NCBI GenBank assembly: GCA_003693705.1
Contig: RBZT01000415.1
Location: 62,001-126,000, forward strand
Source of the DNA: Polymyxa betae A26-41
Taxonomy: Eukaryota; Protista; Endomyxa: Phytomyxea
Direction: 5' to 3'
Length of the DNA: 64,000 nucleotides
Shown here: positions 39,201 to 50,403 of the stretch, one piece after another
Position numbering within the stretch: position 1 is the first letter of the stretch
Layout: the number at the start of each line of letters is the position of its first letter
Notes under the pieces: generated by a model
Seen by the model: only the letters and a program-made list of their open reading frames with translations
Database searches by the model: none
Told to the model about the DNA's origin: nothing
Translations under genes and position numbers: made by a program

Positions 39201-42200
39201 TTAATTTTGCCTTCAATAATGCCTCTAACGGTTTGCCCAGGGAAACGGCTGCAGTTAAAAACGCGTTTGAATTCATTAGTAATAGAAAGTGAGTGCATGA
39301 ATACTGAATATGATGCATTCGCATCACACTGCTGTAGGTTTCTCTCTGCTATCGCGATGTTTTTACTTGCTGGACGACTCTCAGACGCAGTCACTGTTTG
39401 TCTTCGTAATATGAACGATGCGCAGCTTGCAGCTGTTCTTGTCCGCTTGCAACCTAATGCTCCCTCTGAGCTTATCTCAGAAATTTTTGAGGTCGCTGAT
39501 TTTACTCTTGAGTTTGTTTTCGCTGAATCTCCAGCAGGACGTTTTGGCAAATGCTAACGCAAGCCATGACCAATGGTTGCAGCATATCGCGTTTTGGAAC
39601 CTAAATCGGCATCAAGATGCCATTAATTGTTTGTTAGATCAAGATCCTGAAGCTCATACGTTCAAGCCGGATGTGTATAATTTATTAAGCACTCTGAACT
39701 CGTTGCCGGCTGACAGTGATTGCATTATCGCCAACACAGTTACATTTTATGCCCAACGAGGCTGGACGGTTTTATCGCTCCGTTTACTCGAATCGCTTCG
39801 CGTTTCTACTCCAAGGACTTTTCGCGAATTCCTTATTCGGGCGACGATCTCGGTTCGCGCTTCTTGCGGCTCTGCAGCCATTGCCGATGACATACAGCAG
39901 TCCACTGCTCCATTTGATATCGATCCGGAATCTATTAGACAACCATTGCACACATTCTTGCAATCGCATCGGCTATTTCTGCCTTCTTTGCAACTTCTTC
40001 GGAATGCTTATGGGACTCTTATATACAGTATCAACCCTTCTCGAATTGCCACCGCTTATCGTCGCCGACTCGAATTGATAAGCTTCTGCTCGTTATGTCA
40101 ATCTCATGAGAAGTCTGCCTTCACAGATTCGATTCTACTTGCTGCCTCTTTTATAATGGGCCGGTATGATGCAGCTCTCATGGTAGAATTGTTGCAAGGC
40201 AAGTTTCCACTTAGTATCACTGAAGACTACCCGAGGCCTCAAACACTCGAGGCCTCTTTAAAATGTCCTAAACCCATCGAACTTCCGCCAAGTTTCATTG
40301 AATCGCCGTTTAGTGACAAAGAGATCGTTAGCGTGGTGGAATCTTTATGTGAAGTCCTTTCGCTCTTCAAGTTTCTTCAACTTTTCAATGCTCAGTGCCT
40401 CTCTTCTCCACGAGGCACCGAATACTCTCTCATCTTTGAACTGTATTCGAAGCTCTTGAGTTTGCTCAAATTCTCCAAAAAGGTTTTTCTCCAACTATTC
40501 CAAAGCTGCTCACTGATTTCACTGCAGACGCTTCAAAATCGGGTCAAGATGGCCTTGGAGTATTGCCTCATTCTCACTCGGTCCGGCATTAAGCTTGCTG
40601 ATGCTTCATTACCTCTCCGATCATTAGGAACATATTCTGAATCCGTTCAGGCGTTGCTGAGTTTGACCGATGCCAGACGTGTCTTATCAGTAATTGCAGA
40701 TAATTTTGAGGACTGCTGTTCACTGAGTGTAAATGGTGAATTCTTGGAACCTGTCGAAGTAAGTCCAACCCTTTATCGCTTACTCGCAAAACTGAATGCT
40801 ATCATTAAAGATTTTCCGGGCGTCGAGTTCTGCCATCCTGTCCATCTCATTGGATCAAACCGAACAAATGCGTCTTGTAATCGCTCATCGAAAGTTCATT
40901 CGCGAGATTAACATCGAATCATCTTTGCGATTTCGAATCAGGACCCAAGAATCTCGCGAACTTGCCGATTACGAATACTCATCCTGGGTACGACGGTTGT
41001 TTCGAATTACTGGCACTAAATTTTTAGGAGGGCTGCTATCACCGATTCGACAAGGAGCTCGAGCGTCTATCGACCCCTTTAGACCCGTACTGTTTCTAAC
41101 CTGGAGTTCAATCTGATGGTCACTGAACGCTATCTCAGGTATATTTACCCCGTTCCTGTGTTTAGGGCAGAATTAGCTTCAACCCTGCCATCACAAGAGC
41201 CGGATTCTTCCAAAACATTAAAAAATCGTCTCACTAACGAGGATCCATTATATCAGCGGCTCATGAATTATAACATTTCCTATAAGGTTTTTTGTATCAT
41301 CATGTTTACAACTTTACTGATATTATGTAGTCGTCGCCTTCCGTCAATACTGAGATGACTTTTCAACGAACTGCCCCTCATCCATCTCTGCCATTATGTA
41401 CGGTTCAGTTGATGTCTGAGCATATGTGCTAATACCATGTAGTCATTTCAGGCAACGATTCGCAATTGATTCATATCTGGAAGTTTGGGAATCCATTCCC
41501 TATTGGACATATTTCTGCTCCTGAACTCGATCATTTCACTTGTTTGCGATTTGATGAAACGACTCGCGGGGCGTGCTTTGCAGCGACATCCGCAAACGGG
41601 CACATGTCGGTTTTCACATTCTTCCCTGATGTTTCTGTGCCGTTATTTTCGGTTCGAGCCCATCATCGGACCCTGGCTGCAGAATTTATTGGATGTGCGA
41701 CCAAGTATGCGTTTAATCTTCTCAATTACTACTAAGTTTTCTCATTTTATACTTAGGTTGGCCACGGGAGGGGCTGCTGGGCAGAAAAAGGATTCTGACA
41801 TTCTGCTGTGGGATTTACTTTGTCCAGGAACCTCTCCAGTGTTATCGTTCAGTGGGCGTCACAAAGCTCGCCGGGCGTATACATCATTGTCGTTTATTGA
41901 GGGACGAAACCAGCTCGTTGCTGGAAGTCTTTCGGGTGATCTATGCGCATTCGATCTTCGTGCATTACGCCCACAATCAGACCCTTTTTGGCAGTTTGAT
42001 AACGCTCATACATCCCGGCTGAAATGTATGGCATACGATAAAGCCAATGACTACCTTGTTACTGGAGACGCCGATGGATGTATCCGCATCTGGAGCATTC
42101 GAGGTGAAATTGAACTGGTCCACGATTGCGGTGTGGTTTTTCCAACGCAACGTTCATTTGGACAGCTTCCATCAACTCCAGGATCCAATACAAGATTAAC

Positions 42201-42303
42201 CGAGAAGCTGGGTGTCACTTCATTAAGAGTTACCGATCGTGGAGATATCGTCTGTGCTGGATCCAATGGCTCGGTAAAATACATCAAGAAATTGCAATTG
42301 TGA
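36266..42303 (+). CDS. RAVE/Rabconnectin-3 subunit Rav1/DMXL-like WD40 protein; multi-exon
   Basis: N- and C-terminal WD40 repeats. Rav1_C hallmarks: YHPSFLTELL..G, DLPGFRFLIA, AWAIHS, LGVGYWL, FFANDFSDPRW|ETAAVKNAF, AMFLLAGRLSDAVTVCL. Confidence 0.88.
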
Positions 42304-42382
42304 CAGCGAAAGCTTCGAAGCGAAAACTTCTGCAATTTTATCGACTGCTCGTCATTGTATAATTTCTCGGTGAAACACTGAA

Positions 42383-42648
42383 ATGGTCAGTGAACTTGTA
42401 ATTATTCTTACTCTGTACTGAGGCCGTTTGCAAAGGAGACAACAAAGAAAGACTCAGCAGATATCATGAAGGCTATGATAGCGTGCCTTACAAAAGATCA
42501 GTCCATCGTCGAGTATCTAAAAGTCGAAATTGCACCGACATTGCTGCCGATACTGTTTTTGCTGGACAAGATACGTCCTGCAGATCCTATTGAATTCATC
42601 GCTGTCCATTTAATCCTATCTCAACAAAAAACTGGCAATTCTGCTTAA
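42383..42648 (+). CDS. Small Dpy-30-motif protein (~71 aa); first coding exon appears to be only ATG
   Basis: EYLKVEIAPTLLPILFLLDKIRPADPIEFIAVHL fits the Dpy-30 motif. ATG 42383-42385, intron 42386-42435, then ETTKKDSADIMK in frame. Confidence 0.7.
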
Positions 42649-42675
42649 TATATTCGAATATCGTGGGAAACTTCC

Positions 42676-43726
42676 TCATTGTTGCTGACCCATAGTCGAT
42701 GGAGAGCTATTTGGTGAATTTGAACAGCTTATGTCTAATCCGGTATCAAACAGATGTTGATTTCCAGGAGCTACCTGCTCCAGTATCTTGTCGAAAGCTT
42801 TGTCTTTTAAGCTGCCATGCCACTGAACTAAAGTGACAATTATCAACATCTAAATCCCCCGTTCATTAAAACCGACCTTTACCTCCCTTATCGATAATGA
42901 AAGCGGTTGCTTCGTAATGATTGCTCTCTTTGAACGCGTTTCGATATCGTTGGGAAATCCTTCCAGTTTCGCCCTCGTCGAACGATATCAGCAGTCGTTT
43001 GAAGCTGTGTGATCCAGCAGCTGTTCGCAGGATGATAGGATTATAATGCTCAAATGCAACCAAGGCCACAACTCCAGCATATTGATATCTATCAACAATA
43101 CGACATAAATCGTTCAGCAATCCCTCCAGCACTCGTGGCGATCTTTTGCAATTTTTAGATGGTTGCACAAATTATGTTTTCAGTCCATGAACAATCTGTC
43201 TGCTTACCCATCCAGAATGACAAATATGACGACGTTGTTATATTCAAAGAGCGAATCTTGATCGATAGGATGTCCATTGAGGAGACGCAGACCCTCAATC
43301 GAAGGCGCATTTCGGTCAGCATCCATGATGCTGACTGAAGACGTATGCGACCTGGCAAAATCAATGAATTCTGACAACTTTGATCGCAACCGTCAAAAGC
43401 GGATCTGCATGGCTGCGTCATGATCCGGTTCGTTAACAGCCAGCGTCCTGCTTTTGGAATTTGAAGGGAAAATCGTTTATTGACGCAGCTTTACAGACTT
43501 CAATATGAAGCGCATGTTGAAATTCCTTCGGAAACAATTGCAACACGTTTTGATCGATTTCTGGTAGGGCGATGCCCGAATTGAACTCATTCTCGGCAAC
43601 GCCGTCGACAGCACCACCATATAGTTGCAAACTGCCAACTTCTAGCGAAACTCCAAACTTCTATCCTATTAGACGCTACAGTTCCTCCATACTCTGGCTG
43701 GTTTCAAAGCTCTTGGTTTTAATCAT
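42676..43726 (-). CDS. Hypothetical protein with C-terminal thioredoxin/redoxin-like fold; 5' exons uncertain, may extend to ~44275
   Basis: Spliced exons give APSIEGLRLLNG..VVIFVILDG|SPRV...VVALVA...ATAFIIDKGGK|VQWHG, resembling the TlpA/redoxin pattern, but no CxxC is present. Confidence 0.45.
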
Positions 43727-44315
43727 CCAGTCAAATCTTGATTGACAGCGGCGCCGGAGACAGTTTTATCAGCTCAACTTTGGCAAGGGAATTAAGATTG
43801 AAAATTTCGAATCTGCTTTCACCTTGAAAAGTGTCGCTTTTTAATGGGACATCAGCTGTTGCCATTATGGGGCAAACTAAAGTTAATCTACAATTAGACA
43901 GGATCATGTTTTACGTTCAATTATGCCACATTCCCGATACAACTTTTGACTGGCGAAGTCATCATCACCCGCAGATCGATTGGAATACCGTTTCTATAAA
44001 TTTAAGGGAAGACTTTGTAAGTCCTGGTTCGCCCACTGTGTCGTTCTTATCAATTGCCATTAAACCTAACACGTATTCAGACACCACCACTACAAACCTT
44101 AAAATTTACTCGCAAATTCGCTCATGTTTTTCATGTCAATATTCTACATCCTCATCGCCCTCACGATCGCACAATTGATCTACAATCAGATCAAACGCTT
44201 CCATTTCGATCTTTTTATTCGATGATGGTAAGTCCGAGATCTTGCTGAGATCGCGGCGTCGATTTCCGTACATCATTGACCTGCGTGGTGGTGCCGGCGT
44301 ACTGGCCCCAGCCTC

Positions 44316-47300
44316 ATGCCTCGTCTAATCAATCCGCCTAGCCGTGCCTTTATGCACCTGGCCGGACGTCATAATCGTCGGCAGCAGTCTCCTTCAAGGT
44401 CGAAGCCTGCTCAGGTCAGCGACTCCAATGAACGGGACGATGTTGGTTTCGACGATTTGCTGGCGGACGGCTCCCTGCAATCTCTACAGAAAGCGCGGGC
44501 TCTGGTCAACGACGACAACGTTGCCGATCTGGTCTCTGTCCTTCGTGAACGTATTCGTCATGCAACTGCTATCAATAGACGCCCTGAACCAGATCCTCAA
44601 CTACAGATGCTCCTAAAACTATCACGACGATTAACGGCATTCGTCACGGTCTTACTACCAATGGTAACGGAAGATCTCGTCCCCATACTGGCCCATTCGC
44701 GCATCGACAAAGACATCCGATTGCTCTGCGCCCAGCTCGTCCTCGACATTGTCTTCGTCGCCGAGGGCGGCCAGTACGACGCGCGCCTGCTCTTGACGCG
44801 GCCACCGGCATGGTTCGCCGCCATCGAACTGAACGATTGCGCGTGGGCCGCCCTGGCCACGACCGTGCTGGCCCACGACAGCGTCCGCGACGTCGACCCG
44901 GTCCTGTTCCGCCGCATGTTGCAATTCGCATTCGTTCAGGATGTTCGGTTGCGATCAATGTCGCTGACGGCGTTGACGGCGTGTGCGACCCGATTCACGA
45001 CATCATCAGACGGTGGTGATCTGACCCATGATCAGATCGCCGACCTCATCATCGAGGCCGTCCTCTTCAACTGGAATCACGCCTTCCAGAAGATTCAGCG
45101 CTGTACTGGTCCACTGGTCCAGGCCGTGTTCGGACTGCTACGGACGCGTACACCATCTGAGTTCTGTCTGGACCTGTATAGAAGACAGCCGGCATCGTTA
45201 CGTGCGAAATGGTATCATTCGGGGTAGTTAGGGTTTAGGGTTTTAGGGTTTGATTCGCTTCGGCCAGGTTCTTATTATCGACAATGTTGGAGGCGGATCT
45301 GACAGCCGATAGTGCCGATCTGCTGCTTCGAGATCTGATTACAACGGCCGGCAGTCCGACCTCCTGGTCGGTCGTACATCCCCTCGCCGGCCAGTTGCTG
45401 ACGAAATTGTTCGCGACCGTCCCGAGACCTGATTTTGTACAGGCGTGGTTGGATCCTCTCATTGAAACACTCACGTCCGATAACGTACTGGCCCTGGATC
45501 ACCTGAAATCCGACCTATTGCCCATACTGATGCGAATCGACCCTGGTGCGTTTGCCTCCATAGCCGCGGCATTGCCGGATTCAGCGCCGGCCGCTCTTGC
45601 AGCAACTGCTATTGGTGCGAGACAGGCAGGTATGGAGATCAATGAGATCCTATCTGCAGCCGATCTGTCGTGTTTGTTCCAACATCGGGATCTCGACATC
45701 GTCTCGGAAGCGTTTGCATTTGTTTGTACGAGCTCACGTAAATCAGCCCTGCCGACCTCTAATGAGTGTCAATTGGCTACCGATTGTCTGAAACGGTTCC
45801 GGAATGTGTCCAGATCGGCACTTCGACATAAAGTTGATCATCATCTGCAACAGTTTCTGCTGAGAATCCGCTCCGGTGCTCAACGTCTTCGTAAATCTGA
45901 TCCAACGATTCCAATATCACCTCTATCACAGACATCTATCATGCTTCCGGATTCCATTGCTGTCCAGTATCGGTATGGGTTGTTAGGAGGTGATAGCGGC
46001 CACAAACCCTAAACCCTATCATCTACAATTTTTAGTGTTTTTGTAACATGATGTTTGTTAGGTTTGTTGCATCAGTGTTGAAATTATCGTTGGAGAACGT
46101 GTTCCCAGGTGCCTGTGCTGATCGTTTAATGACTAATCTACAGATGATCTATGTTATTACTGATATATGGCCTGATTGGTATCTACCAGATGCTGTTAAT
46201 CGTCTATTAGCAGCATTATCATCCACTTGGGAGAATATTCGCAATGCATCACTGGCCATCCTCTATAAGCTTTATGAACATCATGGTCTGATTCCGGGTT
46301 ATACTAGCCCGGAACAACTCACGCCTTTGTTAACCTGGGCCCTGCAGTTGCTATCTTCATCGCAGCCGAGGTCCTTTTTTTCTGTTGTCTGTTTTTGATT
46401 CCGAAATTTCACGAGTTCAGTTTCGGGTTTTCCACTTTGTTATTTTGTTAAATATAATGTTTAGCTACACTGATTCGGGGAGTGCCTTGGCCCAGCTGAT
46501 ATTCAAAGTTTACGCCCTCGGTCGAGGCTGGAACCTTACTTCATCATGGACATTGGAAGTCGCTGGCAAAGACGATGTTCGTCATGGTCCCATCCCGATA
46601 TTGATATCTCATCTAGAGAGGAATCTCTGCGAGCTCGAGCAAACTCCCATCATGGAGCGATATTGTCATGATCGTCATCGTCTGCATGGCGTTCTCATGC
46701 TGCTGACAAATCTGATCGGATCCGGTTCGGATTGCAATGCCCGACTGATGTAATTTATGATACGGTTTCGTTAGATTTGAATCACGATCTTGCTAAGGAT
46801 TTAGTACGAATCTGCCGTCGAATTCTGGCGGTATCGATGGATGTTCATGCGAAAGAATCTGGACATGAACATTGGATGTTGTTAGAGGTCTCCAGCACAT
46901 TTTCCATGTTTCTTTCTGTTACGGCTTGTCTTTCTCATATGTTCGCTCTGTTGCGCATTTTCTTGCTGATCTTTCTCATATGTTCGCTCTGTTGCGCATC
47001 TTCTTGCTGATCTTTCTCATATGTTCGCTCTGTTGCGCATCTTCTTGCTGATCTTTCTCATATGTTCGCTCTGTTGCGCATCTTCTTGCTGATCTTTCTC
47101 ATATGTTCGCTCTGTTGCGCATCTTCTCTCTTGTGTTTCTCATTTCCAAGCCATTTCCCTTTTTCTTGGCTTTTCTGCATTGTGCGCACTGTTGTGAATC
47201 CGCATCTTTAATGTTACGTTACTTATTTGTCTGGGTTCCCTCTGTCCCATCCCATTCATAGGGTTGTTATCATTGTCATAATGTTGACTTCGTCTTTTTA

Positions 47301-50271
47301 GATCGAATCTATTGACTGCCGCGGGCATGTCGTTCTGAAAGACGACGACGATAACGCCCATGCCCAGCTTCTGGTTGTCTGCAGCTGGCATGCCATCAAG
47401 CAGAGCTGCCATGTCTTAGCTGCCCTAGCTCGTCTTGGTAGCCTGGCGCTTGACATCGTTCGTAGTATCGGCGATACTCTCATCGATGTTCTGTATACTT
47501 GCAAACACCAAGGCGTCTTGCTGAATACTTTCCTTTCTCTGAAAGAAATAGCGGCATCAGTCCCCGTTGATCTGTTGCAGCAATGGCTTGATCGTCTGAT
47601 AGCGGATGTTCAAGCTGGCGATTCTGGTCAATGGATTCGCCGCAGCGCTGGTGTCCCATTTTGTTTCAGAGCGCTCTTGCATGCTGTTCGTGGCCATACA
47701 CAAAGTCAGACTTTTCTGGAGGCAACACTTTCGCTAAATTTTTCAAGTGTTTCTGTTGTTTTTAGAAACAAATTTGTGTCTCTTGGCCTAATGAATACTT
47801 TAATGTTATAAGACTCTATTTTTGGACAAATAATTTAAAAAATGACAAACCCTAATGTTGCTTCCTAGGACTGATGACTGAACGTGTTCTGGATGCGCTG
47901 TTGAAGATCACCAGCGCCTCCGATCATGAATGGCAAATCCGTGTTCATTCCCTGAACATCGTTCGGGCACTGGTCGGCGACACGTCACTCGCCAACGCTG
48001 TCGTTACCAGAATCGCTTCCGTTATGATCATTTCAATTTCTGGTTGTTTCATTCTTTTCAAGCTATCACATTGATTAAATCCGGTGTCAGGATTTGACTC
48101 TCCTGATTGGGCGCTGAGGAATTCTTCGCTGATGCTTTTTACGTCATCGGTGAAGATGTCGTGCTCGGCGACGACAACTGGACGGTCGCTCTTTACAGCA
48201 CATCCGGATTTATATGACTTCTTCCTTCATCATCTCAAGAAGGCCACTTGTGACCGTCAGTTCAGCCACGATTCCAGGTTAGTTGGATACTTTACTGTTT
48301 GAGATCTCATTAAACAACCTTCGTAGCCTACATCCAATCCTGTTGTTGCTGTCGCGCCTGCAGTCATGCGCGTCATCGATCGCGACGCTGGCCCGTTTCC
48401 AGCCCTATATAGAACGCTGCGCTTCACATCCGAACTTCTTGATTCGGTACAAAATGTGGTGTCGTTTCAATCGGCGATTAATTTGACGGCAGACAACAAG
48501 CAGCTCGCGCTTTGTTTGTAACATTACAGGATCCGAAGCAATTCGCTGAAACTTTGCTGACGTCATTCCTGCATGAAGATCTGAATGATAATCATGTTCA
48601 CGGAATCTTCCTGCAACTTTTTTATTTGGCTCCACGACTTGGTGTGGCTCGAAATCCATTTTCGCAATTCGCATTTAACGTTTTTTTCCAGAATCACCAA
48701 TCAATCCTGAGGCGATCGCCTCCTGCTTGGACTTCTGTGGGTCCAAATCTAAATCTTTCGTTATTCGACGTTGTTCCTTGGAAGCTTTCGCTGCGCTTCT
48801 GTCAACAAACAACTCAGATGTTAATGTCTCTTTGTTGATTCGGTACGCAATTGACGCCTTCTTACTTGAGGTCGTTTCATTACTTCCTGATTGTTACTTT
48901 CACAAATATTAAATCGCGTTCAATTTAGGAAGATGTACATGTTTTAGGCATTGGACATCATCGTCTGCGAGAAATTGCTGCCAAAGTTCTCGTTCAGTTT
49001 GGACAGCTTATTGAACCAGAGCAGTTTCTTAAACTGATGACTGCCGGATTACAATTGGTAGCTTTTTGCTTCGATTTATGATCGATGTTTTTCTTACCTA
49101 TTTTGACCTCAGTGTCCCGATGTGGTCAGGCTCGCGTCTGAGTCGAATGCTCTGCCGAAAGATCTCGCCTTGGAGCTTGTATTGCTGCAGTCCCTGTATG
49201 AATCGCCATCGGAATTCACGCAACTGCTAGAGCGTGCTTTCTGCCGTCAATCAAGCGCCTTTACCTGGCATCCAGAACTGGTATGGCAATAAACCATCAT
49301 TTTCTGAGTATCTTCTGATACCCATTACCAGCGACGCTTCATTATTCGGGAGGCAGAATCCCTGGCCGATGCTAACGCAGTCCGCCTAATGGGTCGAATG
49401 CAGATTGAAAAACGTGACGTTGAGTTTCTGGATATAATCGGACGGGCGATCTGTCCTGATCAAGAGGCGGAATGTCGTGCTGCCGCTGCCGATGGTACTT
49501 GTACCCTTTTGTCCGAACATTCTGTTGATTTTGGTCACAGCTTTAGTCCACGCTGGAGTTCCGGCAAATGATAACGATGCTGTTTCTTATTGGTGTCATG
49601 TTTTGGATTTGATAGTGTAAGGCTGTCTGATTATTGGACCGTTTCAACTGCTCAGTATAATGCAGAGATGACGACGAAAAGGTTCGGATGGTTGCTTGCT
49701 ACAAACTAGTTCCTTTTGAAGGCGATTCCTCATTTTCGGATCCTCTGCACTCTCTGTTCTGTTTCCTTATACGGCACTTTGGCGCCAATTCAAAATTATC
49801 CCAATCGTTTCGATCGCGGATTGTACAGCTTGCAGATGTCTCGTTGTCCCTGTCGTCATCGTCCTCAGTGTTCATTGTTGATAAGCGCAATGAATATCTG
49901 GAACCGTTATTACTTATTGAACGCATTGCCGTCTTCGTAAAGGTTTTTGCTCAATATTTTGGTTTTCATTTTTTTGATGACATGTTATGTAGGCCTCATT
50001 TCATAACATGTCATCATTGGAACAGAAGCAATGGTCGATGGTTGCGAGATCACTGATGGAGAAGATTGGCCAATTGGATTTATCTTCGTATGTGTCGGTA
50101 TCAGTTGATGAAGTTGTATTTCAATGTCTGTACGCTTCAATTGCTGTGGCTTATGCTAGCAATGTATCGCTTGCAAACGATCTGCAGTCTGCTTTTGCTG
50201 GTCTGCACCCAGTTCTCCATGATCTTATTATGAACAAAAAAATGTTTTGCAAAATACAACATTGTAAATAA
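44316..50271 (+). CDS. THADA: THADA/Trm732 (tRNA 2'-O-methylation cofactor, ARM repeats); multi-exon
   Basis: DUF2428 motifs LVVCSWHAIKQ, CKHQGV, WIRRSAGVPF, RVHSLNIVRAL, GFDSPDWALRNSSLMLF, LHPILLLLSRL. Confidence 0.88.
45221..45251 (+). repeat. Interstitial telomere-like tract and G-quadruplex motif in THADA intron 1
   Basis: GGGG TAG TTAGGG TTTAGGG TTTTAGGG TTT inside intron 45212-45267. Confidence 0.85.
46004..46018 (-). repeat. Telomere-like dimer (reverse orientation) in THADA intron 2
   Basis: AAACCCT AAACCCT A within intron 45973-46061. Confidence 0.75.
46930..47127. repeat. 41-bp minisatellite, ~4.8 copies, in a THADA intron
   Basis: Unit CTTTCTCATATGTTCGCTCTGTTGCGCATCTTCTTGCTGAT starts at 46930, 46971, 47012, 47053 and 47094 (partial). 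One substitution in copy 1. Confidence 0.97.
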
Positions 50272-50388
50272 GTGTACAATGATATTTTACGCCTTGTGTC
50301 GTTTTATCTTATCCTTTATGACTTACCTAGTACTGCTCTGTACTCATAAAAATGATAGCGAATTCTGCTCTTTATTGCATTATACTTC

Positions 50389-50403
50389 TAGGGTTTAGGG
50401 TTA
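50389..50403 (+). repeat. Telomere-like dimer between convergent THADA and CPLANE1-like 3' ends
   Basis: TAGGG TTTAGGG TTA abuts the minus-strand stop codon at 50404-50406. Confidence 0.7.

Noticed and set aside
41161-41167. Isolated TTTAGGG matches (also ~63733 on the minus strand)
   Set aside because: These are splice acceptors (TTTAG) followed by G-starting exons, not telomeric tracts.
46930-47127. Direct repeats resembling a CRISPR array
   Set aside because: Units are contiguous with no unique spacers, there are no cas genes, and the repeat sits in a eukaryotic intron.
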